In this document: one piece after another, positions 28,664-39,246 of the stretch
Layout: each line of letters starts with the position of its first letter
Position numbering within the stretch: the first letter of the stretch is position 1
Assembly (NCBI GenBank): GCA_035529735.1
Contig: DATKWE010000107.1
Span: forward strand, 1 to 60,387
Length of the DNA: 60,387 nucleotides
Reading direction: 5' to 3'
DNA from: Desulfobacterales bacterium
GTDB taxonomy: Bacteria; Desulfobacterota; Desulfobacteria; Desulfobacterales; UBA11574
Made by a program: the position numbers and the translations under genes
The notes under the pieces: generated by a model
What the model saw: the letters and a program-made list of their open reading frames with translations, nothing else
Told to the model about the DNA's origin: nothing
Database searches by the model: none

Positions 28664-29504
28664 AGGCATCCGGAAAAATTATTACAAAAACAGTGCTGCC
28701 AGAAAGCGCAATAACATTATAACGCGCGTTATTTTCAGCATAAAAACAGCGACTGTCGGGACAATTTTGCTGTTGGTCAGCTTTCTTTTTATTTTTACCT
28801 ACGACGTTATAACCCAGTGCGATTATTTCAAGGCTGAAAGTCTGACGGTCGCCGGCGCTCATCGGCTCACAGAGGAACAGGTTTTGCAGCAGAGCCAGAT
28901 AACTAAAGGTATAAACATTCTTTCAGTAAATCTTTCAAGGGTTAGAAAGCGGCTCCTGGCACATTCATGGATCGAGGAGGCTGAAGTCAGCAGGGAACTT
29001 CCCACAGGAATCAGTATCAGAATAAAAGAGCAGCAGCCCCTCGCCATTTTAGACCTGGGTCGAAAATTTATCATCAATATCCATGGAGAGGTATTCAAAG
29101 AAATGGATGCCTCGGACCATTGCCGCCTGCCGGTTATTCGTGGGCTTGAATTTTCAGACATCAATGTACGGGGTGAATCCCGGAGCGTCCCTTTTAATGC
29201 GGTAATGACAATCTTAGCGCTGGGGAAAAAACCTGAAAGTGTTCTTCCCTGCAGGTTAATAAAAAAAATCAGTGTGGATCGAGAAATGGGTCTCACAATT
29301 TACGCGTTCGACCGCATCAAAGCCATAAAAATCGGGTACGATGATTATCCGAATAAGTATGAAATGCTCAAAAATGTGCTTTTTTATCTAAAAAAGAATG
29401 GAAGTTTTTCACACCTCGAATCCATTGATCTCAACAATTTAAATCGTATCGTAGTTAATCCTGCGAAAATAGAATCTGCTGCCGTAGGCCATAAGGAGGT
29501 TTAG
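28650..29504 (+). CDS. ftsQ: cell division protein FtsQ
   Basis: Single TM segment followed by POTRA and FtsQ domains. GAGAGG RBS lies 6 nt before the TTG at 28650; the maximal ORF starts at 28626 inside murB. Confidence 0.82.
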   Translation: MLGRKGIRKNYYKNSAARKRNNIITRVIFSIKTATVGTILLLVSFLFIFTYDVITQCDYFKAESLTVAGAHRLTEEQVLQQSQITKGINILSVNLSRVRKRLLAHSWIEEAEVSRELPTGISIRIKEQQPLAILDLGRKFIINIHGEVFKEMDASDHCRLPVIRGLEFSDINVRGESRSVPFNAVMTILALGKKPESVLPCRLIKKISVDREMGLTIYAFDRIKAIKIGYDDYPNKYEMLKNVLFYLKKNGSFSHLESIDLNNLNRIVVNPAKIESAAVGHKEV

Positions 29505-29505
29505 A

Positions 29506-30732
29506 ATGCAGGGACAGGAAAATATTATCGTCGGTCTTGATATTGGAACGACTAAAATTTGTGCCGTGGTCGGTGAAAAGACGGGAGATAAAATAAACGT
29601 CATCGGTATCGGAACACATCCTTCCATCGGGCTTCGGAAAGGCGTAGTGGTCAATATTGAATCCACCGTAGAATCGATACAAAAGGCGGTTGAAGAGGCG
29701 GAACTTATGGCGGGCTGTGAAATTTCATCGGTATACGCCGGAATCGCAGGCGGTCATATAACAGGGTTTAACAGTCGCGGAATCGTCGCCATTAAAGGGT
29801 CGGAAGTTATCCAGCAAGACGTGGACCGTGTTATCGATGCCGCACGTGCCGTCGCAATCCCCATGGATCGTGAAGTCATCCACGTGATTCCTCAGGAATT
29901 TATCATCGACGAGCAGGGCGGGATCCAGAATCCTGTGGGCATGTCCGGCGTAAGGCTGGAAGCTAAGATCCATATCGTGACCGGCGCTGTAACGTCTGCC
30001 CATAATATTGTGAAATGTGCAAACCGCTCAGGTCTTGATGTCTGTGATATTGTCTTGGAGCCGCTGGCTTCAGGTGAAGCCGTGCTCACCGACGAGGAGA
30101 AAGATGTGGGCACGGCACTTATAGACCTCGGCGGCGGAACGAGTGATCTTGCAATTTTTTCAGGGAAAAACATCAAGCACACCTTTGTTCTGGCCCTCGG
30201 TGGCAGCAATCTGACCAACGATATCAGCATCGGCCTGCGTGCATCCATGGCTGAAGCCGAAAAGATCAAGAGAAAATATGGCACCTGTGTTGCCATGAGC
30301 ATCAGTTCCGAAGAAACCATTGAAGTTCCCGGTATGGGCGGACGCAAACCCAGGAAGCTGCCAAGGCAGATCCTCGGTGAGATACTGGAACCTCGTGTGG
30401 AAGAGATTTTCACGCTGATAAAACGGGAAATCTTTCGTGCCGGAATGGATAAAGTTGTTACTTCCGGTGTAGTTTTAACCGGCGGGTCATCTCTGCTGGA
30501 AGGGGTAACGGATATTGCAGAGACGGTTTTCGATCTTCCCAGTCGGCTGGGCACGCCCAGGGGGATCAGCGGTCTTACGGATGTCGTCAATAATCCCATG
30601 TATGCGACAGCCGTCGGGCTCGTACTGTACGGTGCCAGAATTCAGCCCAAAAAGAAATTCAGGATTCGTGACTCAAATATTTTCAACCTTGTCATGATCC
30701 GGATGAAACGGTGGTTCAAGGAGGTCATCTGA
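29506..30732 (+). CDS. ftsA: cell division protein FtsA
   Basis: 408 aa with an actin-like ATPase fold (GLDIGTTKICAVVGE, DLGGGTSD) and a C-terminal amphipathic helix. Confidence 0.95.
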   Translation: MQGQENIIVGLDIGTTKICAVVGEKTGDKINVIGIGTHPSIGLRKGVVVNIESTVESIQKAVEEAELMAGCEISSVYAGIAGGHITGFNSRGIVAIKGSEVIQQDVDRVIDAARAVAIPMDREVIHVIPQEFIIDEQGGIQNPVGMSGVRLEAKIHIVTGAVTSAHNIVKCANRSGLDVCDIVLEPLASGEAVLTDEEKDVGTALIDLGGGTSDLAIFSGKNIKHTFVLALGGSNLTNDISIGLRASMAEAEKIKRKYGTCVAMSISSEETIEVPGMGGRKPRKLPRQILGEILEPRVEEIFTLIKREIFRAGMDKVVTSGVVLTGGSSLLEGVTDIAETVFDLPSRLGTPRGISGLTDVVNNPMYATAVGLVLYGARIQPKKKFRIRDSNIFNLVMIRMKRWFKEVI

Positions 30733-30802
30733 ACGGAGCTTTTAACGTATGTTCATCAAGGATAGAGGATAAAACCAAATATTGTAACAGGAGGTGGGGG
30801 AA

Positions 30803-31984
30803 ATGACGTTTACGTTAGTAGAAAACGACAATTATGCAAAAATCAAAGTTATCGGAGTTGGGGGAGCCGGCGGGAACGCGATCAACAACATGATCGATTC
30901 CGAGCTCCAGGGGGTAAATTTTATCGTTGCCAACACAGATTCCCAAGCCCTTGGAATCTCAAAGGCATCGATCAAAATTCAGATCGGTGAGCAGCTTACC
31001 CAGGGGCTTGGGGCCGGCGCCAACCCTCAAATCGGGAGGGAAGCGGCGCTGGAAAATTCGGAAGCCATAAAAAGTGCGCTGGAAGGCAGCCATATGGTGT
31101 TCATCACTGCAGGATTTGGCGGTGGAACCGGAACCGGCGCTGCGCCGGTGATTGCTGAAATCTGCAAAGAAATGGATGTGCTGACGGTTGCTGTGGTGAC
31201 AAAGCCTTTTTCATTTGAAGGCGGCAAAAGGGCCAAACAGGCCGAAGAAGGGATCAATGCTCTCAGAAAAGTTGCGGATACCGTCATCACGATACCCAAT
31301 GACAGACTGAGGGGCCTTGCTTCCAAAAATGCCAGAATGATCGATATGTTCAAGAAAGCCGATGAGGTTCTGCTCCATTCTGTCAAAGGCATCACCGATC
31401 TTATCATGATACCGGGACTGATCAATCTCGACTTTGCCGATGTTAAAACCATCATGTCCAAAGCCGGAATGGCCATTATGGGCATTGGTATCGCTAGAGG
31501 GGATAACCGCGCTATCGAGGCCGCCGAGCGTGCCATATCCCATCCGCTTCTTGAAGATATCTCCATTTCCGGAGCCAAGGGCGTTTTAATGAACATAACC
31601 AGTAACAGCGATTTGACCATGGAAGAAATGACCGAGGCTTCCGATCGGATATACAAAGAAGTCGGAAAAGATGCCGATATTATCTGGGGAACCGCCGTAG
31701 AAGACAGCATCGGTGATGAGATTCGTGTTACGGTCATTGCAACCGGAATCAATTCGGGTCCCGAAACCGGGATTAAAAATGAGCTCAGAGGCAAAGTCAG
31801 AGATATCACGATAGATGATTTGAACGATGCCGTAGATTATGATGAGCCGACGTTCATCCGCCGTAAACACGCGGTGGGTGAGTCGAGCGGTGCGACCTAC
31901 AGGGGATACAAGGGAATTGTCATCGACAATGCCGACCTCAGTGACCTTGATGTGCCGACATTTTTACGTAAAAAGGCAGACTAG
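30803..31984 (+). CDS. ftsZ: cell division protein FtsZ
   Basis: Tubulin signature GGGTGTGAAPV and the C-terminal peptide DLDVPTFLRKKAD. AGGAGG lies 8 nt before the ATG at 30803; the listed GTG at 30794 overlaps the RBS. Confidence 0.97.
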   Translation: MTFTLVENDNYAKIKVIGVGGAGGNAINNMIDSELQGVNFIVANTDSQALGISKASIKIQIGEQLTQGLGAGANPQIGREAALENSEAIKSALEGSHMVFITAGFGGGTGTGAAPVIAEICKEMDVLTVAVVTKPFSFEGGKRAKQAEEGINALRKVADTVITIPNDRLRGLASKNARMIDMFKKADEVLLHSVKGITDLIMIPGLINLDFADVKTIMSKAGMAIMGIGIARGDNRAIEAAERAISHPLLEDISISGAKGVLMNITSNSDLTMEEMTEASDRIYKEVGKDADIIWGTAVEDSIGDEIRVTVIATGINSGPETGIKNELRGKVRDITIDDLNDAVDYDEPTFIRRKHAVGESSGATYRGYKGIVIDNADLSDLDVPTFLRKKAD

Positions 31985-32059
31985 CTAACGAAAACGGGCG
32001 CATGATAACAACGGTTGGATGCCGATGAACGATAAAAATTCAGAAACGTCTGATAGCCA

Positions 32060-33808
32060 ATGGCAGGGAAAACTGAAAGATTTCAAAAAAAATTTGCCGA
32101 TCCGGAAATCGGTGCGATCCGCAAACGATGGGAAGGTCGCATCAAAGTTGCATTGGTATATCCCAACACCTATCATGTGGGAATGTCCAATCTCGGTTTT
32201 CAGGCGGTATACGAATTAATCAATAAGATTGAGCACGTCGTATGCGAACGCTCTTTTTTACCGAAAACTACCGGGAAAAAAGCAGATCGCATACTTACCG
32301 TGGAGTCCGGAAATCCAATTTCAAATTTCGACATCATTGCTTTTTCGGTCTCATTTGAAAATGACTATCCCAACCTCCTCACAATTCTCGATAAAGCAGG
32401 CCTCCCCCTGCTGTCTGATGACAGAGGAACCCCCCACCCCCTGGTGATTGCAGGGGGAGTTGCTTTATTATTAAATCCGGAGCCTTTGGCTCCGTTTATC
32501 GATTGTTTTCTGATGGGTGAAGCCGAAGCCATTCTGCCACGGTTTTTTGACACGGTTTCACCGGATGTTCTGGCTCAGAAAAGGAGATCGTGTTTAAAAA
32601 CCCTCGCCGGCGAAGTCCCCGGTATCTATGTTCCGACATTTTACAGAGCATCTTACCATTCGGACGGGACGCTGTGTGCATTTGAACCGGTATCCGACGT
32701 TCCGGCTAAAGTTGAACGCCAATATGTGGAAGATATCTCCCAGATTCCTATCTGCAGTAAAATCGTAACCCCGAACACCATCTTTGACAGTACATTTCTC
32801 ATTGAAGTCAGCAGAGGATGTCCCCATGGCTGCAGATTCTGCAGCACAGGATTTATTTACAGACCTCCGCGATTCAGAACCTTTTCACTTCTGGAGAAAT
32901 GCATGCAGAAGGGGGCGTTGATTACAGACAAAATTGGACTGGTGGGCGCTGCGGTTTCGGATCTTCCCGACCTAAACAAGCTTTGCCGCCAGAGCCTTGA
33001 AAAGGATATCCGAATATCCTTCAGCTCCCTGAGAGCCGATGCTTTTACACCTGAACTCCTTTCAGTCCTAAGGAAAAGCAGCGTCAAAACCGCAACCATC
33101 GCTCCGGAAGTTGGAACAGAACGTCTGCGCAGGGTGATTAATAAGGGTTTCACTGAAATAGATATTCTCGATGCCACCGAGGTACTGGTCGCCGGCGGTA
33201 TCCCCAACCTAAAACTGTATTTCATGATCGGTCTTCCCACCGAAACCATGGATGACATTGAAGCCATTGTTACCCTGTGTAAAAAGATAAAACACAGATT
33301 CCTCGAATCGAGCAGGGTCAGGAAACACATGGGGGAGATCACCGTCAGTCTCAGCAGTTTTGTCCCCAAACCGTTCACGCCGTTTCAATGGGTCGTACTG
33401 GATGATATTCATTTGCTAAAAGAAAAGATAAAAAAGATAAGGGGCGGCCTTAAGAGAGTGGCAAACATCCGCCTGCACGCGGATATTCCTCGCTGGGCTT
33501 ACATTCAGGCGCTGTTGTCACGCGGAGACCGAAACACTGCACAAATATTGTGGCTTGCGAATAAAAATCAAGGGAACTGGCCCAAGACACTCAAATCCTC
33601 TCCTGTAAATCCTGATTTTTATGTTCACAGGGAACGTCCTTTAGATGAATTGTTTCCCTGGGACTTTATCGATCATGGCATCCGCAAGTCTTTTCTCAAA
33701 AAGGAATACAAAAGAGCCTTGCAGGGGAAAACCTCCCCCCCATGTCCTATGGAATCCTGTCATATCTGTGGGGTGTGTAAAGAGAAGGGCAATTCGAGCT
33801 GCGCTTAA
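32060..33808 (+). CDS. B12-binding-like radical SAM protein (TIGR03960-type, uncharacterised)
   Basis: 582 aa with an N-terminal VALVYPNTYHVGMSNLGFQ signature and a CPHGCRFC radical SAM cluster motif. Confidence 0.85.
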   Translation: MAGKTERFQKKFADPEIGAIRKRWEGRIKVALVYPNTYHVGMSNLGFQAVYELINKIEHVVCERSFLPKTTGKKADRILTVESGNPISNFDIIAFSVSFENDYPNLLTILDKAGLPLLSDDRGTPHPLVIAGGVALLLNPEPLAPFIDCFLMGEAEAILPRFFDTVSPDVLAQKRRSCLKTLAGEVPGIYVPTFYRASYHSDGTLCAFEPVSDVPAKVERQYVEDISQIPICSKIVTPNTIFDSTFLIEVSRGCPHGCRFCSTGFIYRPPRFRTFSLLEKCMQKGALITDKIGLVGAAVSDLPDLNKLCRQSLEKDIRISFSSLRADAFTPELLSVLRKSSVKTATIAPEVGTERLRRVINKGFTEIDILDATEVLVAGGIPNLKLYFMIGLPTETMDDIEAIVTLCKKIKHRFLESSRVRKHMGEITVSLSSFVPKPFTPFQWVVLDDIHLLKEKIKKIRGGLKRVANIRLHADIPRWAYIQALLSRGDRNTAQILWLANKNQGNWPKTLKSSPVNPDFYVHRERPLDELFPWDFIDHGIRKSFLKKEYKRALQGKTSPPCPMESCHICGVCKEKGNSSCA

Positions 33809-34048
33809 AGGCTCACTCATCCTCCCGACATGGGCCTTTCTGAAAGGGACCGGGAATCCGATGCCGATCACCCCGGGCGTCTATGAATGGCCCTCTTTTA
33901 CACCTGTATGGATCTGAATTTATCATCCCGGTTGAGGCAGAATTCATTGGCAATGTATCCGTGATGAAAACCGGCGGTGTTCCTAAACTTCAAAAATCTC
34001 TCTCCCGAATGCTTTGAAATGGCGTCTGATGAATTACATTGTCGTATA

Positions 34049-34068
34049 CCCCGTCCCTTGCGGTGGGG
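34049..34068. repeat. REP-like G/C-clamped hairpin CCCCGTCCCTTGCGGTGGGG
   Basis: Related to 39148-39172 and 40211-40232, with a shared GGGGAG(C)TTCA tail. Abuts the PilZ stop codon. Confidence 0.5.
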
Positions 34069-34071
34069 AGT

Positions 34072-34410
34072 TCATCTACTTAAAATTTTAACCAAGTTTA
34101 TTACAAATGATAGGATTTTTTCCTTGGTTTCAAGGAAGTGAATTCCAGTTCGAAACATTCTTGAATCATCAGGCAGGCTGTAGACGATATTGCCTTTAAC
34201 TTGGATTAATTCATCTTCTATGCCGATAATAATCAGAAGAATATATTTCGATTCAATCTGTTTATGCGTTTCTAATAGAATCCCTTCTTGACTTATATTG
34301 ATACTTCTTCCAATCCCTTGTGTCGTTTCGTTGCCGCGATGGTCTATACAAACATAAGATATGAGGCTGCTTGTATTGACTCTCGAATGCTTTCTTCTAT
34401 CTGTTATCAT
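34072..34410 (-). CDS. PilZ domain protein
   Basis: 112 aa with RRKHSR (RxxxR) and NISQEG (D/NxSxxG) c-di-GMP-binding motifs. Its start overlaps the kinase stop by 14 nt. Confidence 0.8.
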   Translation of the reverse strand: MITDRRKHSRVNTSSLISYVCIDHRGNETTQGIGRSINISQEGILLETHKQIESKYILLIIIGIEDELIQVKGNIVYSLPDDSRMFRTGIHFLETKEKILSFVINLVKILSR

Positions 34411-36229
34411 CGCTCAAAATCTCTCGTATTTTTTGTGACAGGGTTCTCATGTTAAAAGGTTTCTGAATAAAACCATTACAACCTCGGTCCAATATCTCAC
34501 TTGCCTGGCCAGTTAGACTGTAACCACTTGAAAGAAGTACTTTCACTTCAGAATCAATTTTCTTTAAGGTGTCATACGTCTCGCCGCCACCTATATCGGG
34601 CATAATCATATCCAGGATAACTAAATCTATTTTATCTTTATTTGCTTTATAAACCTCAATGGCCTCGTAGCCGTTCATGGCTTCGAGTACGGTGTAGCCA
34701 AATTTATTTAGCAACGCAACACCCACCTCAATGACCATTTCTTCATCGTCGACGAGAAGGATGGTTTCGTTTCCCGCTAAAATCCGTTCAGAAATCTCCA
34801 TAGTTTGGTGGATCGGTTCATCTGACGCAGGCAGATAAATGCTGAAATTGGTTCCCTGCTCTTTCTTGGAATCAACATCAATATATCCGCCATGTCCTTT
34901 GATAATTCCATATACAGATGCCAAACCAAGCCCTGTGCCCCGGCCCATCTCCTTGGTTGTAAAAAACGGCTCAAAAATGCGGTCGGCGGTTTTTTCATCC
35001 ATGCCCGTACCATTATCGATTACATTCAATAAAATATATTGGCCGGGCTTGGGATTATAGGGTTTATCCTTCATTCCTTTGTGGGTAACATTCATGGTCT
35101 TTAAAAAAAGATCTCCACCATCAGGCATGGCAGCAGCAGCATTGATATAAAGATTCAGCAGAACCTGCTCGATCTGAGATTCGTCCACTTTTATGGAAAA
35201 GAGGTCTTCGGAAAGCTTCCTGTAAATCGTGATATCCTTTCTTGTCCTGCCAAAAGTCATAGAGGAGCTTTGTACAACTTGATTTAGATTTATCGGTCTG
35301 ATCTCATAGCTCCCTTTCCTTGCGAATCCAAGAAGCTGGCTGGTCAGGTGGGATCCACTTTCAATAAGTTTTTCAATATTTTTCAGCTTTTCACAATGTG
35401 GATGAGTGGCGTCGATCTCATATAAAAGCAGAGAAATATTCCCCAGCATACCCATCATCAGATTGTTAAAATCATGGGCAATGCCGCCCGCCAGCGTTCC
35501 AATGGTGCCCATCCGTTCAATAAATTTTAGCTGGGATTCAAATTTTTTCTTTTCTGAAATATTTCGAAGAATAAAAAGGTTACCGGCAGGCTGGCCGTCG
35601 TGGTCGTTATAACGTGAAGCACTTATGCTGACATCTATTAAATGTCCGTCTCTGGTGTAACGGGTGGTTTCCAAACCGTGGCAGGGTGTCCCTTTTTCTA
35701 CAAGATCCCTGATCACGACCCGAGTGGATTCCCGCTCAGATTCCGGGAGAAAAGGGATCTCTTTTCCTTTCACGTCCTCCAAGGTCCAGCCAAATATTCG
35801 GGAGAACGCAGGGCTTATATACCGGACGCTTCCTTCCATGTCATAGATAACTATGGCATCAGCAGATGAATGCAGAAGAGAACGATACACTTCTTTTGAT
35901 CTTTTTGATTCCGCATAAAGCTCCCTGTACTTTTCTTCGCTTTCCATTAAGGCTTCTTCCATCCGCTTGCGTTCAGCCAGTTCTTTTTGAAGGTTCCTGT
36001 TGGCTGATGAAAGGATCGTTGCCTCCATTTTTTCTGAAAAATACACCGAACAAAGGGCTAAAAACCCGACAAATAAAAAGATAAGATGAAGATACTCTGG
36101 ATAGTCCAGGGGTTTAGCATTTATTCTGTTTATGCTTGCGATCGTCTCCCACTCAATAAAAGCTCCCAAAACAAAAAACATTGCCGCAACCGTAAAAAGA
36201 TATATATTCGAAAATCTTATCTTTCTCAT
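34397..36229 (-). CDS. hybrid sensor histidine kinase (2 TM, PAS, HisKA, HATPase_c, REC)
   Basis: 610 aa with H-box IAHDFNNLM, an N box, DNGTGMD and GTGLGLASVYG motifs, and a C-terminal receiver (ILLVDDEE..DLVILDMIMP..KPF). Confidence 0.92.
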   Translation of the reverse strand: MRKIRFSNIYLFTVAAMFFVLGAFIEWETIASINRINAKPLDYPEYLHLIFLFVGFLALCSVYFSEKMEATILSSANRNLQKELAERKRMEEALMESEEKYRELYAESKRSKEVYRSLLHSSADAIVIYDMEGSVRYISPAFSRIFGWTLEDVKGKEIPFLPESERESTRVVIRDLVEKGTPCHGLETTRYTRDGHLIDVSISASRYNDHDGQPAGNLFILRNISEKKKFESQLKFIERMGTIGTLAGGIAHDFNNLMMGMLGNISLLLYEIDATHPHCEKLKNIEKLIESGSHLTSQLLGFARKGSYEIRPINLNQVVQSSSMTFGRTRKDITIYRKLSEDLFSIKVDESQIEQVLLNLYINAAAAMPDGGDLFLKTMNVTHKGMKDKPYNPKPGQYILLNVIDNGTGMDEKTADRIFEPFFTTKEMGRGTGLGLASVYGIIKGHGGYIDVDSKKEQGTNFSIYLPASDEPIHQTMEISERILAGNETILLVDDEEMVIEVGVALLNKFGYTVLEAMNGYEAIEVYKANKDKIDLVILDMIMPDIGGGETYDTLKKIDSEVKVLLSSGYSLTGQASEILDRGCNGFIQKPFNMRTLSQKIREILSDDNR

Positions 36230-36460
36230 CCACGCTGCCTTTAATCGTTTTTTTTTAAACCATATTGAATGTCCGATGAAGATTATTTGTAATTTGTTTT
36301 TTTTGAATCATCTTCTTTTCGATCCCCATCCCTATGTCTGCATTCAGGCCATGCGGCCAGGATCCATGCCATGGCGTTGTTAGAAAAGCAATCATCAGTG
36401 TTATGGGGTTTTGGATTGGATTGGCGGTGGACATGAAGGGCTTAATCTGTCCCGCACTTT

Positions 36461-36946
36461 TTAATGTTTTTTGGCGTGGCAACATTTGTTTTCTTTTTCT
36501 AAGATGTAATATTTTTGTCCAGCAAGGCTGGCAGCCTGCACACATATCCGCTGATTTTTCTGATTGACCTCGACCAGGTGAACCAGTATGTGGGTCAGCT
36601 GTTTGACCGAGAATGGTTTCGGGATAAACGCATGGACTCCGACCCGCGATAATTCAGAACTCAGCTTTTCGTCGCTATAAGTCGCCATAAGTATTTTTAA
36701 AATATGCGACGGACGGTTGCCCACCAACTTGAAGAATTCCAGGCCGTTCATATCCGAAAGCCTGAAATCACAAATGATGATGTCAAAACGTTCCTCTTTG
36801 AGGGCTTGGAGCCCTTGTTCGGCATTTTTACAAACCCGCAAATAACAATCCTTGTTTTTAAAGACCATGCTCAAAGCGTTTCGGATCATGGCATCATCGT
36901 CAACGAGAACGGTTTTCACGTCTTTTAATTTGGTGAAGGATTTCAT
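36461..36946 (-). CDS. single-domain response regulator with a short Cys-containing tail
   Basis: 161 aa with REC motifs (VLVDDD, DIIICDFRLSDMNG, KPF) and a 35-aa C-terminal extension. Confidence 0.86.
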   Translation of the reverse strand: MKSFTKLKDVKTVLVDDDAMIRNALSMVFKNKDCYLRVCKNAEQGLQALKEERFDIIICDFRLSDMNGLEFFKLVGNRPSHILKILMATYSDEKLSSELSRVGVHAFIPKPFSVKQLTHILVHLVEVNQKNQRICVQAASLAGQKYYILEKENKCCHAKKH

Positions 36947-37108
36947 ATTGTCCCGTTCCTTTTCAGAATGCTAAAATTCAATGCTATGATTTTCCTTTGA
37001 TTTAACGCGCCATATTTTTTGCGCACTGCCACCGACCCCTTGCGGACGCTTATCCAAACTAATTTCTAAAAAAATATGGGTCTTCTTTTAGGATTTCATG
37101 CGCGCAAG

Positions 37109-37137
37109 TTGACAATAAGTTTATATAATTATATAAC
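37109..37137 (+). promoter_or_regulatory. near-consensus TTGACA-N17-TATAAC on the + strand, overlapping a 16-bp AT palindrome
   Basis: Points antisense into the 3' end of the PAS-LuxR gene. TTATATAATTATATAA at 37121-37136 is a perfect palindrome. Confidence 0.3.
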
Positions 37138-37183
37138 AATTGCCAGACAAGTAAATAGTGTATTATGGGGTGTATAATGGTTG

Positions 37184-38845
37184 TTAATTATAACCATTAT
37201 CCAGAGCTAAAAGGTGGGTTCTTAGATTCGATTTTTTGTCTTTCAAATTGAGTTTCTTTCTCATACTTTTCCGGTGGCCGGAGACCGTTTCAGGGGAAGA
37301 GTTTAATAGATCAGCGATCTCTTTTGTGCGAAAGCCCTGTTTTACAAGGTCCGCCACTTGAAGCTCCGTAGGCGTAAAATTCAGATACTTGTGGGACAGC
37401 TTGTGTGCAAATGGTGAAAGAATATCTTCTATGTTTGACTGAATGATTTCTACAAAAATCTCCTGTCTATCATTAAGCGTTGTCTTTTCAAGCTTTACAA
37501 TATACGGTATAATTAAATTTTGAATATTCATCAGAACTTTCTCTTCAAGCACCTTCTTGTCTTCATCTCTTTTTTCCAGTAAAATCTTTAAAGCCGAGTT
37601 CAATTCCTCAAGACGCAGGTTTTTTCTTGCTAATTCTATTTCTCCTTCTTTGAGTGCCCTCTCAACTTTTTTCTCGTTGGTAACATCCCGTCCGCATCCC
37701 ACTGTTCCAATCATATCATTATTTTCATTGAGAAACGGCGCCTTATGGACATCCAACACAAGATGTTTATTCCTGACAAATCCCTCCTGGAGAATACGGC
37801 AGGCAACTTTCCTTTCTTGGATAATGGCGTCGGAATTAACACATATTTCGCCAAAGGTGTTTTCATATCCGGCATTCCGTTCCTGTTCGGCAATGAACAT
37901 ATCTGTCATGCCAATGGCCCTATCCGGACAATCACACATTATCAGTTTGTCGCACATGGCTTGGTTGACGAACATATATCTCCCATCCATATCTTTCGCC
38001 CATATCAGATCCGGCATATTATCTGCCATGAGCCGCATTAGCTTGTACAGACGATGGTATTTTTCCTCGCTATCCCGCACCGCCTGTTCAGCTCGCTTAC
38101 GCTTGCTGTTGTCATGAATAATCGAATATAGAAGTTCTCTGCCATGTACCTTGATGGGTCCGCTGAACACCTCGACATCACGGATTTCGCCGTTTGCCAG
38201 AAGGTGCTGAAAATAAAATACTCGGCGCTGTTCCGTCTTCGCTTTTTCCATCTCCTGAAACACTTGTTCGTCCGAAAGCGTATTGATATCTGTAATCTTT
38301 TTGCCGGTAAGCCTTTCAAAGCTCCAGCCATAGAAGGCGACAGCTGCCGGGTTGGCATCGACGATATCGGCATTCTCCGGATCTATGAGGAGCATCACGG
38401 AGTGGTTGTTCTTGAAAAGGCTCCGGTACCGTTCTTCACTCTCTCTAAGTGCCTGTTCAACTTTTTTGCGATCGGTGATATCCATAATCATTCCGGATAT
38501 GGTATCTCCTTCAAGAACCGCACTTAAAAGTATATTTTTTGTTTCACCGGATTTTGTAAACGCTTCAAATTCGAAATCCTTAAGGCTGCCCGATTCATTC
38601 AGAGATTGTATCAAAACCTTTCTGTCTTCGGCATGCTTATATCGAACAATGGCGCCTTCTAACAGCATTTCTTCCGGGGACTCAAACCCAAAGATCGTTG
38701 CCGACGCTTCGTTTACATAGAAAATATCGCCTTTGATACTGGTCTGATAAATCCCCACAAGAGAGGTATTGAGAAGATTTCGGTATTTATTATCTGATTC
38801 TTTAACCTGTTGTTCCAAATCTTCATAGCTTGGTTTATGGGCCAT
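37184..38845 (-). CDS. multi-PAS LuxR-family transcriptional regulator
   Basis: 553 aa with three PAS-like repeats, a coiled coil, and a C-terminal GerE/LuxR HTH (LTPTELQVADLVKQGFRTKEIADLLNSSPETVSGHRKSM). Confidence 0.9.
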   Translation of the reverse strand: MAHKPSYEDLEQQVKESDNKYRNLLNTSLVGIYQTSIKGDIFYVNEASATIFGFESPEEMLLEGAIVRYKHAEDRKVLIQSLNESGSLKDFEFEAFTKSGETKNILLSAVLEGDTISGMIMDITDRKKVEQALRESEERYRSLFKNNHSVMLLIDPENADIVDANPAAVAFYGWSFERLTGKKITDINTLSDEQVFQEMEKAKTEQRRVFYFQHLLANGEIRDVEVFSGPIKVHGRELLYSIIHDNSKRKRAEQAVRDSEEKYHRLYKLMRLMADNMPDLIWAKDMDGRYMFVNQAMCDKLIMCDCPDRAIGMTDMFIAEQERNAGYENTFGEICVNSDAIIQERKVACRILQEGFVRNKHLVLDVHKAPFLNENNDMIGTVGCGRDVTNEKKVERALKEGEIELARKNLRLEELNSALKILLEKRDEDKKVLEEKVLMNIQNLIIPYIVKLEKTTLNDRQEIFVEIIQSNIEDILSPFAHKLSHKYLNFTPTELQVADLVKQGFRTKEIADLLNSSPETVSGHRKSMRKKLNLKDKKSNLRTHLLALDNGYN

Positions 38846-39136
38846 TAAAAATTCCTCCGGTTGGCAGTTTGAGTTTGCTTCAAGGAGACGGCACCCTTCC
38901 GGGGTGAAATCAGATTTTAATCCGCCGGGTCGGGATTCTTTATTTGTTGTGGTGTCGGCAGGGAATTTTGAGCATAAAACTCAATATGTTGCGTGTCTGT
39001 CAAACTCTGGAAAAGTCTATAATGCATGCTATATACCCTAATAGCTCCAAATTCAACAATTCATTTATTGAACTAAACGGGTTGGGGGCGGGGTGAACTG
39101 CAACAGCTCGGCCAGCTGAATTTCGGGGATTCAACA

Positions 39137-39172
39137 GGGAATGCGCATTCCCCGCAGCTTGGTGTGGGGGAG
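39137..39172. repeat. REP-like element: palindrome GGGAATGCGCATTCCC overlapping the hairpin TTCCCCGCAGCTTGGTGTGGGGGAG
   Basis: 16-bp perfect palindrome plus a CCCCGCAGCTTG..GGGG hairpin. Same family as 34049 and 40211. Confidence 0.55.
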
Positions 39173-39246
39173 CTTCAATGGAAAGATTGTAATGCTCGAA
39201 GCTTCATTTAGGCATATAATTTTTATTGAAATAAAATCATAAATCT

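Noticed and set aside
38861-38880. TTGGCA..TTGC sigma-54-like sequence just beyond the PAS-LuxR start
   Set aside because: The spacing from the second G of GG (38864) to the G of GC (38877) is 13 nt rather than the 11 required. It is also on the + strand with no downstream + gene.
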